Assembly (NCBI GenBank): GCA_003707115.1 | Contig: PPNB01000027.1 | Coordinates: forward strand, 1 to 64,000 | Source of the DNA: Tortispora ganteri | Lineage: Eukaryota | Direction: 5' to 3' | Length of the DNA stretch: 64,000 bases | Part shown: piece after piece, positions 52,779-63,010 of the stretch | How positions within the stretch are numbered: the first letter of the stretch is position 1 | Layout: each line of letters starts with the position of its first letter | Position numbers and translations under genes: made by a program | Notes under the pieces: model-generated | The model's database searches: none | The model's input: only the letters and a program-made list of their open reading frames with translations | Told to the model about the DNA's origin: nothing

Positions 52779-54059
52779 TTATGACACAACATACCCGGGA
52801 AGAGCCCATTCTGGTACTTCTGTTTGATATTCCCACGAACCGTCGGAGTTTCCGTATTTATACGCGTGTAGCCACAAGGTAAGATCAGCAACTGTAGGAT
52901 CTGAATACAGCTCAGTTCCGCACTCTGTGCAGAGTTCACCTGTCAATTTTTCACCTTTTTGCGTTATTTGGTGTTTCAGGACTTCCTCATAAGCCAACGA
53001 CAATGCACTCTCTGTTTTGCCCACAGCCGATAACTTGGCTATGATTTCATCGTCGTCGCCTTCACCGTTTTTGCCTAGATGAGGACCAAAGACACGTCTG
53101 TTGGCATATATGGGGTCATTTGCAATTGGATGACCAAGATATTGTAGATGCACGCGGATCTGATGAGTTCTTCCCGTTAACGGTTTGCATCTGACTACGC
53201 TCATATTGGTGGACTCGTCGTAATGGCATAGGTAAAAGAGCGTAGTGGCCTCTTTGCCACTTTGTGAGACTCTGTTAAGTCCGAGTTTTGGAGACAGTGT
53301 AAACAAAGGGAGATCACACTTAATTTCACCTTCCGGGAACCGGCCGTAGACGCGAGCGTAATACTCCTTATAGACTGACCGTTCGCGCAGCTGGTTGGAC
53401 ATGTCTCGTGCAGTAGCAGCTGATCTGGCGAGAAACATTAATCCAGATGTAAGACGGTCTAGTCGGTTACAAGAATGAGCAATTATGCCGTGATCGTGTT
53501 TCAAAATTTCAGTAACGGTATTATAGTAGTAACGGCCAGTCGGATGTACGGGGATACCCGATGGTTTGTCAATGACCACCAGCTCGTTATCGTCCGAGAC
53601 AATCTTGATCGGTCTGCTGGTTATAGGTGGCTCGTGTCGGTGTATTCTGTGACTTATAACGTCACCATTGCGCACTAGCGTGTCAATTGAGGCTGGAGCG
53701 TGGTTTATAGTGACTCTACCTGCCTCGATAGTTGATCTGTAATACTCCTCTGACCGGTCGCGGAACTCTTTCGAGAATATGTCCAGTAACGTACGATTCC
53801 TCCATCTCTCCTTGCAATGTGTCAAATATGTGAAATAATACGGGGGAACTCTTCTGAGCGGTCCGTCTAGTTCATAGTTGGCGCCTGATGCAATTTCTTC
53901 TGCTATAGTTTTTGATCCCCCACTAGCATGTGGCTCTATGCTGCTGATAATGATATCTTGTGCATCCTGGTACTTCTTTTTTATTTTAAATCCGTTAGAG
54001 TCTAGCAATTTTGCCGCCATTTTGTACACCGAGAAAGATCGCAGGTGCGCTTTCACCAT
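52779..54059 (-). CDS. RluA-family tRNA pseudouridine(32) synthase, Pus9/Rib2-like, without deaminase domain
   Basis: THCKERWR, HRHEPP, DKPSGIPVHPTGRY, catalytic NRLDRLTSG, TGRTHQIRVH, LWLHA. Confidence 0.9.
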   Translation of the reverse strand: MVKAHLRSFSVYKMAAKLLDSNGFKIKKKYQDAQDIIISSIEPHASGGSKTIAEEIASGANYELDGPLRRVPPYYFTYLTHCKERWRNRTLLDIFSKEFRDRSEEYYRSTIEAGRVTINHAPASIDTLVRNGDVISHRIHRHEPPITSRPIKIVSDDNELVVIDKPSGIPVHPTGRYYYNTVTEILKHDHGIIAHSCNRLDRLTSGLMFLARSAATARDMSNQLRERSVYKEYYARVYGRFPEGEIKCDLPLFTLSPKLGLNRVSQSGKEATTLFYLCHYDESTNMSVVRCKPLTGRTHQIRVHLQYLGHPIANDPIYANRRVFGPHLGKNGEGDDDEIIAKLSAVGKTESALSLAYEEVLKHQITQKGEKLTGELCTECGTELYSDPTVADLTLWLHAYKYGNSDGSWEYQTEVPEWALPGYVVS

Positions 54060-54205
54060 ACAGACGAAGTCTATATAATCTTGGGTAGGGTTTACAAACT
54101 ACACAATTACAAAGGTATTGATGATAATCTATATACACACTGATAAATATGCATATGAAAATTCCATGGAAATCGATAAAACGTCACTCATACAGCCGGG
54201 GCACC

Positions 54206-55447
54206 CTAGTGCTGCCCGTTATTCGCTTTCCGATTGTTGTTCTTCTGTTTATTCGATCCATTGCGATTTGATTGCGTGCTGACAACTTGTTTCTTCTTAG
54301 GAAGAATTGTGATTTTCACACCTTTTACAGCTGTTTCACCCTCTTTCAATGCCTTCGCTGCAGAGCTAACGTCATCATATTCTACATTAGCAGCGTTCGA
54401 GTCTTTAGGACGGAACTCCGCTTTTACCACCTTGCCGTATTTCGTCATGTGCTGAATAATTTCGTCGATCGTCACTTTGTCGACAAACTTGCCTCTAATA
54501 AAGACAATTTTCTCTTCGTCATTTTGCCTAGATTTTCCAGAATGCGACCGGTTAGATTCCGAATCCATTGGTTGAGAAGTCGGTTTGGTTCTTGATGTCG
54601 TTGTGCTAGCAGACGACGAAGATGAATTGATTGGTGATGAAATAGTGGACCCAATTCCAGCGCCACCCGCAGCTGAGGCATAACTCGCGTAGCTTATTGG
54701 CCCAGCAGGCGCTGCAGAGACAGACGATGCAGATGTATTCGTGTTAGAAGAGTTGGGGGCTTCTGAGACGGCAGAACTCGTAGTCGGAGCGGCAGAAGGA
54801 GTGGCAGAAGGAGCGGCAGAAGGAGCGGCAGAGGAAGGTACCGCAGGGGCGGCGGTAGGAGCACTCGGTTTCGTAGAGGAAGGTTGTTTCTCAGTTTGAT
54901 TAGCTTCAGTAGCACTAGTAGAATTAGCAGCAGGCGAAGTTTCAGAAGGAGCTGATGTAGAAGCCGCTGTCTTGACATTATCGTTAGAAGATGTAGGAGA
55001 TGAAGTAGAGGTACCGTTAGGGGCTGCAGCATTATCGACATCATCGGAATCCAAAAAGAATAGCAAAATGTCGTTGGAAACATAATAAGAATCGTTCGAT
55101 GGACACAAAAAAAAAGACTCTACGAAACCGTGAATTGAGTCATCGCGAGTTGTCATTTCACCAGATACTTGAATAAGGATGTTGCGCTCAAATACTGGTT
55201 GATAGTCCAAATTAGTAATCTGCACTTTTACAGGAATTCTTTTGGAAGACTTAATAAATTCTTTAATAGCCTTTGAGCCAATAATTGGCGAGTTTTTAGA
55301 CCCTTCAATTCCATGAACAAAGCAAGATTCATCAGAGTAAAATTTGTAAATAGATTCAGAATCGTTACACAAAGTAGAATAAAATGTCTTAACAAATGAG
55401 CTCCCGATCTCACTAGCGGACTTTATACCTTCTTTCACTTTGTCCAT
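54206..55447 (-). CDS. BRE5: G3BP/Bre5/Nxt3-like NTF2 and RRM protein
   Basis: N-terminal NTF2 (IGSSFVKTFY, ILIQVSGEM, YYVSNDI), S/T/A/P-rich linker, C-terminal RRM. Confidence 0.75.
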   Translation of the reverse strand: MDKVKEGIKSASEIGSSFVKTFYSTLCNDSESIYKFYSDESCFVHGIEGSKNSPIIGSKAIKEFIKSSKRIPVKVQITNLDYQPVFERNILIQVSGEMTTRDDSIHGFVESFFLCPSNDSYYVSNDILLFFLDSDDVDNAAAPNGTSTSSPTSSNDNVKTAASTSAPSETSPAANSTSATEANQTEKQPSSTKPSAPTAAPAVPSSAAPSAAPSATPSAAPTTSSAVSEAPNSSNTNTSASSVSAAPAGPISYASYASAAGGAGIGSTISSPINSSSSSASTTTSRTKPTSQPMDSESNRSHSGKSRQNDEEKIVFIRGKFVDKVTIDEIIQHMTKYGKVVKAEFRPKDSNAANVEYDDVSSAAKALKEGETAVKGVKITILPKKKQVVSTQSNRNGSNKQKNNNRKANNGQH

Positions 55448-55870
55448 TTTTAGTTTATAAATTCTGTACTATATATTCACGGTCCTTTCTCGTTCACTAG
55501 GGAATTAGCAGACAATCGGATCTGCTCTTCTTCTTTTTTTCTTTTTTTTTTCTTTTTTATTATATTATTATGCTGTACAATAATGTAACTTCAGGAAAAA
55601 AAAATTAAAGAGAAACCCAACAGTTCTCTCTCTCTTTTATTGACCTTTAACCAAAATTTTCTTCGAAAAATGGTATGTGTAAGTCTAGAAGAGTCGGGTT
55701 CACCGCTTAATAGCTATCAAAAAAGTTTATTAGCCGTGCTAAACATTTCAGCTTTTCTAATAATTTACACAGTTTTTTTATATATCTTATGTCAGTATAT
55801 AATATTATATTAAAAATCAATTAAAAATCAATCTTTCACTTTATTAAAATCAACTTCGTTTTTACTTTTC

Positions 55871-57997
55871 TTAGTCGACCTCTTCCATGGCAGTTTCGGC
55901 ATTAGCAGTAGCATCATCGGCAGCCGGTTCAGCGGCTGCAGGTTCTTCTTGGGCCTCTTCATCAATATTGAGTCCAAGAGAAATCAAACGATTAATGCGT
56001 CCAGCGAACGAGTTAGGCTCTTCCAATGTAAATCCGGAAGTTAACAAGGCAGTCTCATACAGTAGAGTAGTGAGATCACGAACTGTGCGATCGCCAGGAC
56101 CATCAGCTTCAACTTTAGCCTTCAACTCCTTGATGATAGGAGATCTAGGTGAAATCTCAAAAATCTTCTTGGATGCCATGTAAGTAGACATATTTGTGTC
56201 TCTTAACGCCTGTGCCTTCATAATACGTTCCATGTTTGCTGACCAACCAAACTGTCCAGTGCGGATAGCTGCAGGAGCATCAATCAGCTTGTGAGAAACA
56301 ACAACTTTCTCAACCTTGTCACCAAGAATCTCTTTAAGCTTCTTGGTAAGCTCCTCATATTCTTTCTCCTCGGCTTCACGAGCAGCTTTCTCCTCTTCGG
56401 TCTCCTCAATCTCGTAGTCCTTAGTGATATCAACGAGCTTCTTGCCATCAACCTCCTTAAGCTGGCTCATGGCGTACTCGTCAATAGGGTCAACCATGAA
56501 CAAAACTTCAAAGTTCTTGGATTTAGGAGCATCAAGGAAAGGCGACTTCTCGACAGCCTTGATTGATTCACCGGTAATGTAGTATATGTTCTTCTGGTGT
56601 TCAGGCATGCGAGTAATATAGTCCTGGAATGTCACGGTGTCATCACCTGACTTAGTAGACTGGTAACGTAACAATTTAGAAATAGCTTGACGGTTCTGAG
56701 CATCTTCGTGGATTCCAAGCTTAATGTTCTTGCCAAAAGCAGAGTAAAATTTGTCAAATTGCTCACGGTCCTCAGCGATCTCCTGGAACATTTCAATGCA
56801 CTTCTTAACGATGTTCTTACGGATGACTTTCATGATCTTGTTTTGTTGCAACATCTCACGAGACAAGTTCAATGGAAGATCCTCAGAGTCTACAACACCC
56901 TTGATAAAGTTCAACCATTCAGGTACAAGCTCATCGGCATCATCTGTGATGAATACACGACGTACGTACAGCTTGATATTGTTGCGCTTGCGCTTGCTTT
57001 CAAAAAGATCAAAAGGTGCGCGAGCAGGAACAAACAGAATGGCAGAAAATTCAAGTTGACCCTCAACAGAGAAGTGTTTGACTGCCAAATGATCTTCCCA
57101 ATCATTGGAAATAGATTTGTAGAAAGCAGCATACTCTTCTTTGGTGATTTCGCTGGGATTGCGGGTCCACAATGGCTTAGTCTTGTTGAGTTCTTCGTTC
57201 TCAACGACAGTTTCAGTGATCTTTTTAGTCTTCTCTTTCTTTTCGCCTTCTTCTTCTTCATCAACCTCTTCGATCTTAGGCTTCTTGTCGTCAGACTCTT
57301 CGCCCTCCTTGACTTCCTCACCTTCATCCTCAACGGGCACTTCCTTCTCAACCTCCTTGGTGACAACGAGTTGAATAGGATAGGCGACGAATTCGGAGTG
57401 ACGCTTGACGATATCCTTAATACGCTTCTCTTCAAGGTATTCTTTTTGGTCCTCTTTCATGAAAAGGCGAATAATGGAACCACGTTTCAATTTGACTTCG
57501 GGGTTGGTGTCGTGAGTGATAGTGAAGCGACCACCAGCAGAGGATTCCCAGATGTACTGATCGTCATCGTTGTGCTTGGAAATGACTTGGACGCGGTCAG
57601 CAACCAAGAAAACGGAGTAGAAACCAACACCGAATTGACCAATCATAGATACATCGGCACCAGCAGACAAGGCTTCCATGAAAGCCTTGGTACCGGACTT
57701 GGCGATCGTACCAAGATTGTTAACCATATCGGCTTTGGTCATACCAATACCGGTATCCATAATCTCAAGTACACCTGATTCAGGGTGAGGGGTGATGCGA
57801 ATAAAGAGATCAGGTTCGGTCTCCAACTTCTTAGGGTCAGACAGAGCTTCATATCGAATCTTGTCGAGAGCATCAGAAGCATTAGAAATAATTTCACGCA
57901 AGAAGATCTCCTTGTTCGAGTAGACAGTGTTGATGATCAAGCTCATCAACTGAGAGATCTCAGCTTGAAATTCAAATGATTCAGCATCGGCAGACAT
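55871..57997 (-). CDS. HSP82: Cytosolic Hsp90
   Basis: [40 protein letters not shown]-terminal MEEVD. ATG at 57997. Confidence 0.99.
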   Translation of the reverse strand: MSADAESFEFQAEISQLMSLIINTVYSNKEIFLREIISNASDALDKIRYEALSDPKKLETEPDLFIRITPHPESGVLEIMDTGIGMTKADMVNNLGTIAKSGTKAFMEALSAGADVSMIGQFGVGFYSVFLVADRVQVISKHNDDDQYIWESSAGGRFTITHDTNPEVKLKRGSIIRLFMKEDQKEYLEEKRIKDIVKRHSEFVAYPIQLVVTKEVEKEVPVEDEGEEVKEGEESDDKKPKIEEVDEEEEGEKKEKTKKITETVVENEELNKTKPLWTRNPSEITKEEYAAFYKSISNDWEDHLAVKHFSVEGQLEFSAILFVPARAPFDLFESKRKRNNIKLYVRRVFITDDADELVPEWLNFIKGVVDSEDLPLNLSREMLQQNKIMKVIRKNIVKKCIEMFQEIAEDREQFDKFYSAFGKNIKLGIHEDAQNRQAISKLLRYQSTKSGDDTVTFQDYITRMPEHQKNIYYITGESIKAVEKSPFLDAPKSKNFEVLFMVDPIDEYAMSQLKEVDGKKLVDITKDYEIEETEEEKAAREAEEKEYEELTKKLKEILGDKVEKVVVSHKLIDAPAAIRTGQFGWSANMERIMKAQALRDTNMSTYMASKKIFEISPRSPIIKELKAKVEADGPGDRTVRDLTTLLYETALLTSGFTLEEPNSFAGRINRLISLGLNIDEEAQEEPAAAEPAADDATANAETAMEEVD

Positions 57998-58112
57998 TTT
58001 TGTATAGTTATTTACTTTTTCCAACTATGTGTGAGGAAGGATGAGAAATCAACTGAGTGTTAATATTTAAAGTCATTATATAGTTTCTCGAGTCCATTTC
58101 AGCATTAAGGTT

Positions 58113-58152
58113 ATCGAAACTTCTAGGCTGTATACTATATTCTATCGCCTTC
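58113..58152. promoter_or_regulatory. Partial heat-shock element upstream of HSP90
   Basis: GAAacTTC at 58116-58123 plus TTC-N7-TTC at 58140-58152. Confidence 0.45.
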
Positions 58153-58326
58153 CATGGTGTCACAAACCCTCAACCCTACATTATATGATGTAGCAACGAA
58201 ATCATGTTGTTACCTCGTTCTAAGATGGGGACGAAAAAAAGGATTGCTTGCATTATAGAGAATAGATTTAAAGAATTTCAATAGCATAAACTGTATCCGT
58301 AATCTATGTCAGGGCATTATCATGCT

Positions 58327-60393
58327 TTAGACACTAGTTAGTGGTACAAACGGCTTCTTACCGAGGTTTCTATTTACCACAGGACCAATATACTGGTCAT
58401 GATATGGAGCGCGAATGTTCTCAGGAGGGTTTTGAGTCTTGATTTTGGTGAAGTAGTCTTCGTAAACACGTCCTTCCCGTCCACCCAGAGAGGAGTTGAT
58501 AACGTAGTCACTAAAATTAAAGGCGTCCGTGAGAGCGATAGCGTCAGGTCGGATTTCGGCGCATACGGCGTCAACAGCGTCTCTGACCTTATCGATTTGC
58601 TCAGAGTTGAAAAATCCAGATTGGATTAACAGACCGTTCTCCTGATCTAATTGGAAGAGACCGTACAATCTGAAAAGACGCTCAAGGACAGGCTTGATGT
58701 CGGCAGGAGCAGATTGGAGACGTTGGTAGAAGGCATTAACAATAAACCTCGTAGCATGGGTCTTTGCAGCAAGGAAACGGTGTTGAGAAACAGATTCAAG
58801 AGCTTGGAGTTTAGGCTTGCCAGATTTGACAGCAGCCAAGTACGCATCTCCAGCCTTTTTCACGACCAAAGAAGTAACGGCATCCCATGCGGCGACAATT
58901 ACCTCAGGAGCTGAGATATCAGCAGAAGCGTCAGCCTTCACATCGGGCTTAGTGGTCAAAGCGATGTACTCCATTCCGCTAGGCAGTGCTTTTTCGCCAG
59001 ACTTGATGAAGTTGGTGTAGTAGCCAATAAGAGCACGTCCAGTGGAGATAGAGAGAACGGAGTTATCACCTTCCCAAGTAAGCATGACGTGCCAGTCAGA
59101 CATGGCGGAACCAAATCCGGAGTAGGCAGAATAACCGTGACCACCGCAACATTGACGGCAAACATCAATAGACTGGGCAGCAGCCCATGTGCTGAATGCC
59201 TTGAGACCGGCTGAAGTTGCAAAGAGAGCCTTTACGTCGTTAACCATGGACATCACAGCCTTCGTGTCTTTCAGATCGAGAGAGGCCTGGCGAGCAGTTA
59301 TGTCATGCTCAAGTTTGGCGACAGCATCAGCAGCAAACTGCAGAGCATAGGTTTGAGCAACAATAGGGAACAAACGGCGCTGGTGTAGAGGGTAGTCCAA
59401 GATTCTGGTTTCTTGCTCGTTAGGAGAGGAGGAGAACTGACGGCGGACTGCACCGTAACGAACAGCAATAGTGGAGACGCGCTTCAAGATCTGGGCAGAA
59501 TCGCTGACCATAGTGACACGGCCATGGATGAGAGCACCATAAGCGAGCTGAGCAAGAGGCGGTTCGGTGACTTTACCGTTTCTGTCTATTTTGGCGTAGC
59601 GTTGAAGGAAATATGTTCTCGGGATGCGGACGTTGGTGAATTGTATCCAGCCATTGTCAATACCATCACGACCTTGTTTACGACCAATATCACCCAAAGC
59701 AACGCCGGTACACAAAGAGTAATCAGGGTTTCTCAAAGGAACAACGAAGTTTTTAACACCATAGTCCTTGCCGTCGACTATAAGACGGGCGAAAACGATA
59801 CAGTGGTTGCTGGTATGGGCAGCGCCGCCGATCCACCATTTAGTGGCACCAATGTGGGGAGTGTGTATGATGAATTCATCAGTTTCGCGGTCAAATGTGG
59901 CAGTGGTTTCAAGACCAGCCACGTTAGAACCATGTGCAAGTTCTGTCATTCCATAACAGCCGACCATTCCATCCAAAGAAGCTGCGCCGCGTTGGTTGAG
60001 AAAGTAGTCAATCTGCTTGTCAGTGCCAGAACCCATAATGGTGTTCACGAAAAGACCATAATGAACACCAATACGAGTAGTAAGAGAGTAGTCAATCTTA
60101 GAAACAGCAAAGATAATATCTTCGACATACTCAATCGTAGGATTCTTCTCGATATAGGATACCGTTTTGGCGATTCGCCTCATAGTGCGTTCGCGGAGCT
60201 GGTCTTTAGTGAGATCATAGTTGGTTCTCTGGTCAAAATCAGGATCGCGTTCAAACATTTGCAAGAGATTTTCACGGTACTCGGCTTTTTCCTTAGATCC
60301 CTCTAAGAAATAGGTGAGGTTCCTGGTAGGAAAAGAGCCACGGGCTCGCTCTATAGCCATGTTCTTAACAGTATCTTCGGCAGGGTTGAACAT
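58327..60393 (-). CDS. POX1: Peroxisomal acyl-CoA oxidase
   Basis: MTELAHGSNV, ATKWWIGG, GRDGIDNG, CRQCCGGHGYS, TWEGDN. ATG at 60393. Confidence 0.96.
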   Translation of the reverse strand: MFNPAEDTVKNMAIERARGSFPTRNLTYFLEGSKEKAEYRENLLQMFERDPDFDQRTNYDLTKDQLRERTMRRIAKTVSYIEKNPTIEYVEDIIFAVSKIDYSLTTRIGVHYGLFVNTIMGSGTDKQIDYFLNQRGAASLDGMVGCYGMTELAHGSNVAGLETTATFDRETDEFIIHTPHIGATKWWIGGAAHTSNHCIVFARLIVDGKDYGVKNFVVPLRNPDYSLCTGVALGDIGRKQGRDGIDNGWIQFTNVRIPRTYFLQRYAKIDRNGKVTEPPLAQLAYGALIHGRVTMVSDSAQILKRVSTIAVRYGAVRRQFSSSPNEQETRILDYPLHQRRLFPIVAQTYALQFAADAVAKLEHDITARQASLDLKDTKAVMSMVNDVKALFATSAGLKAFSTWAAAQSIDVCRQCCGGHGYSAYSGFGSAMSDWHVMLTWEGDNSVLSISTGRALIGYYTNFIKSGEKALPSGMEYIALTTKPDVKADASADISAPEVIVAAWDAVTSLVVKKAGDAYLAAVKSGKPKLQALESVSQHRFLAAKTHATRFIVNAFYQRLQSAPADIKPVLERLFRLYGLFQLDQENGLLIQSGFFNSEQIDKVRDAVDAVCAEIRPDAIALTDAFNFSDYVINSSLGGREGRVYEDYFTKIKTQNPPENIRAPYHDQYIGPVVNRNLGKKPFVPLTSV

Positions 60394-60539
60394 CGTTTTA
60401 AAAAAAGTAAACTTGATATTCACAAAAAAGTATAACGTGGAAAGGTCTATAAAAAACCAAGGACTCACTTCAACCAGTGATTAGACAAGTTGGGCTTGTA
60501 TGTAATGCCGTTCTTGTATAAATAGGTGTGCGCACAGAG

Positions 60540-60668
60540 CCTCGGCAATAATGGTTTTGCCGGTGGTGAAAAGCAGTCAGGTGATAATGCACTTTTCGAC
60601 CAATAATAGAACCTATAATTAAGTTAAAGTTTGTACCCCACATTTCCTGATTAACACATGTTCCGAGG
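60540..60668. promoter_or_regulatory. Two FarA/Ctf1/Por1-type sites (CCTCGG 60540-60545, CCGAGG 60663-60668) and a Mig1/CreA-type site (CCCCAC 60636-60641)
   Basis: Exact motif matches upstream of a beta-oxidation gene. Confidence 0.6.
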
Positions 60669-60870
60669 ATACCATACTAACGCCATTATTACATGTGCCC
60701 ATACACGAAATAGTTTTTAAATCCAATTATGAATTACTGTAGTCTTCGGAAATATTTGCTATTTCCTCGCCTGATTATAGATAGTTATTATCCCGTGTCA
60801 GTATACATTAATTTTGTTTGTATGTTAATTGCTTAATTTGATAGTTGCAACGACAGCAACAGTGTGTCCC

Positions 60871-62562
60871 TTAGTCAAGCAAACTTTCGGCATTTTTGTA
60901 CGGCTCAATAGCGCATTTGTATTCAGCCCATTTCGCCTCAGCACCAGTCATTTCAAGTGTCTCAATTCTCCCCTTTCCTTGCCAGTGTTTAGCCATATAT
61001 TCCATAAAACTCTCTCCAGTAGCTTTATAGTGGAGTGCCCATGCAGCTTTATGAGCTGCACCCAGTGCACATGCGTTATCCCCAGCTTGAAGTAATCGAT
61101 GTGCACCTTCAGTGGGTCCTAATACCTCTGATAGTACCTGAGCAATAGCAGGGTTCTTAGAGCCTCCTCCAACCAGGTACATTCGTCTCGGCCGTCCATT
61201 ATTGCCAGCGAGCATGTTCTGTGATCGCAAACGCATCGAGAGTCCTTGGCTTTCAATTATCATACGAGCATCTTCTTCGGATAATGCTGCGCTTGTCTCT
61301 TTAGTTAGCACTCCTTTCTCGACCGAAAACCTAGTTATTTGAGGTTTCCTATCAGGGATAATTTCGCTCAATGGGAAATAAAATCCGATCCGAAACTTAT
61401 CCGGGCTTTTGCGGTCAAGAATTCTGGATCTTAGCACTATGTCATTGAACTTGTCCCAAGATTTTGACGCCTTTGCACTACTGTCAATGGCGTCTCGAAT
61501 CTGTTCGCGTGCAAGTCCTCCATTGCAATAGCACAGCATACCCATATAAAGACCAGGAGAAGTAGGATGTAAAAACAGGTGATACTCGTCAGATGGCGCA
61601 AACACCTCAGTAGATGTAAGTAATGTTGTACTCGTACCCAGGGATATCATGACATCGTTAGGCTGCAAATCTAAAGATAAAATTGTAGCAGGATTGTCCC
61701 CAGTGAAAGGTATGATTTCACAATCAGCTTTGAATCCATACCTCTGAACAAAATACGATGAAATAAGTCCCAGAGAATCTTTTCCATCAATTGGGAAGCC
61801 GAGCATATCAATTAACCTCGCAACTGAAGGATCTTCTGGACTAGACGCGCCAGCAACTAATTGGACTAAAGGCATATAGTAATCGTTCTTGGTAATATCC
61901 CAGAGATTCATGCCACAGATATCGGAAACGTCAATTGCAGCCCATTTACCAAGGAAAACGGAAGCCAAGAAACTAGATATTATCGATATTCTAGCTGTCC
62001 TTGCGTACCCATCAGGGTCGACGCGTCTGACTCTCATAATCTGAGGACCAGTGAAGCGGTAGTGACCACGCGAACCTGTAATTTCGGCAAGATGCTGAGA
62101 GCCGCCAACTTCATTCTCGTGAGCGTCTACTTCAAGTTTAGTAGAGTGGTCTTGCCAGTTAGGACTATACTGACGAGCAAATGCATTAGGGGCCAATTGG
62201 TTTAAGAGAGAATCGGATGGACTAAGCGAGCTGAGTAGTTCTGGAGCTTGAGCTGACCAGTAAACTGAACCATGTTGTTGGCAAGCCCCTGACAACGCTT
62301 TCACGCGAGAGAAGTCAAAACCCGAAACTTTTAGTCGCTGCAATATGATATCAAGAGCCTCGAGCCACATAGCTACAGGAGCAAATATTTCTTGTTCCTT
62401 TTCATTATGTAAAACTCCATGCACTGTGTTATATTTTGGCAGATCTTCGTCGAATTTGAGTGTTTCGTGGACGACGAGATCCAGTCGGGAGTCAACTCCT
62501 ATGACTTTTAATTGCTGCGTGGAAAGGTCAAAACCAAGGAACACGTCCGCTTTTAAAGACAT
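60871..62562 (-). CDS. XKS1: Xylulokinase
   Basis: LGFDLSTQQLK, SGACQQHGSVYW, PNWQDHST, FTGDNPAT, SLGTSTT, CYCNG, VGGGSKN. Confidence 0.97.
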   Translation of the reverse strand: MSLKADVFLGFDLSTQQLKVIGVDSRLDLVVHETLKFDEDLPKYNTVHGVLHNEKEQEIFAPVAMWLEALDIILQRLKVSGFDFSRVKALSGACQQHGSVYWSAQAPELLSSLSPSDSLLNQLAPNAFARQYSPNWQDHSTKLEVDAHENEVGGSQHLAEITGSRGHYRFTGPQIMRVRRVDPDGYARTARISIISSFLASVFLGKWAAIDVSDICGMNLWDITKNDYYMPLVQLVAGASSPEDPSVARLIDMLGFPIDGKDSLGLISSYFVQRYGFKADCEIIPFTGDNPATILSLDLQPNDVMISLGTSTTLLTSTEVFAPSDEYHLFLHPTSPGLYMGMLCYCNGGLAREQIRDAIDSSAKASKSWDKFNDIVLRSRILDRKSPDKFRIGFYFPLSEIIPDRKPQITRFSVEKGVLTKETSAALSEEDARMIIESQGLSMRLRSQNMLAGNNGRPRRMYLVGGGSKNPAIAQVLSEVLGPTEGAHRLLQAGDNACALGAAHKAAWALHYKATGESFMEYMAKHWQGKGRIETLEMTGAEAKWAEYKCAIEPYKNAESLLD

Positions 62563-62570
62563 AGCGTAAT

Positions 62571-62834
62571 TTACTTAGTATCCCAGGCTAGCCACTTTTC
62601 TGGATTTTTGTTAAACTGAGGCCAGGGGGGTATAACCACTACAGCAAGAGCGACAGATAGAATGGCAAATGTAACCCAGCAGTAGAGAGAGCTTTGGAAT
62701 GTGAAACCGACAAGAAAAGCAATAAGTGCAGCAATATAAGTGCCAATATGTACAACTTTATCACAGAACAATTGACTTGGAAAATCAATTGGCCCTTCAA
62801 TCACAGAAGAAATGTCGGCAATTAGTTGGTCCAT
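62571..62834 (-). CDS. SPC1: Signal peptidase complex subunit Spc1 (SPC12)
   Basis: PIDFPSQ, two TM segments, VVIPPWPQFNKNPEKWL. Confidence 0.92.
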   Translation of the reverse strand: MDQLIADISSVIEGPIDFPSQLFCDKVVHIGTYIAALIAFLVGFTFQSSLYCWVTFAILSVALAVVVIPPWPQFNKNPEKWLAWDTK

Positions 62835-63010
62835 TTAGTTTTTGGGGGAGTCTAGCCTTTATATGTGCGTGGATGGATTAGTTATGATTTCATACGGTTG
62901 CCATGGGCGAAATTTACCCGTGTAATATTTATCCGGGGAGCACACACTATTACGTATTGTGCAATTTGAGATTCATTAAATTCATTTTTGTGCGTAATGC
63001 ATTGATAATA

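Noticed and set aside
56687..57778. 363-aa antisense ORF over HSP90
   Set aside because: Codon-aligned shadow ORF produced by strong codon bias in a highly expressed gene. Non-ATG start and no recognisable domain.
59413..60306. 297-aa antisense ORF over the acyl-CoA oxidase
   Set aside because: Same codon-bias shadow effect, non-ATG start.
58327..62562. Acyl-CoA oxidase and xylulokinase as a metabolic gene cluster
   Set aside because: Different pathways, and the oxidase has its own promoter of about 480 nt. No cluster backbone enzyme occurs in the window.
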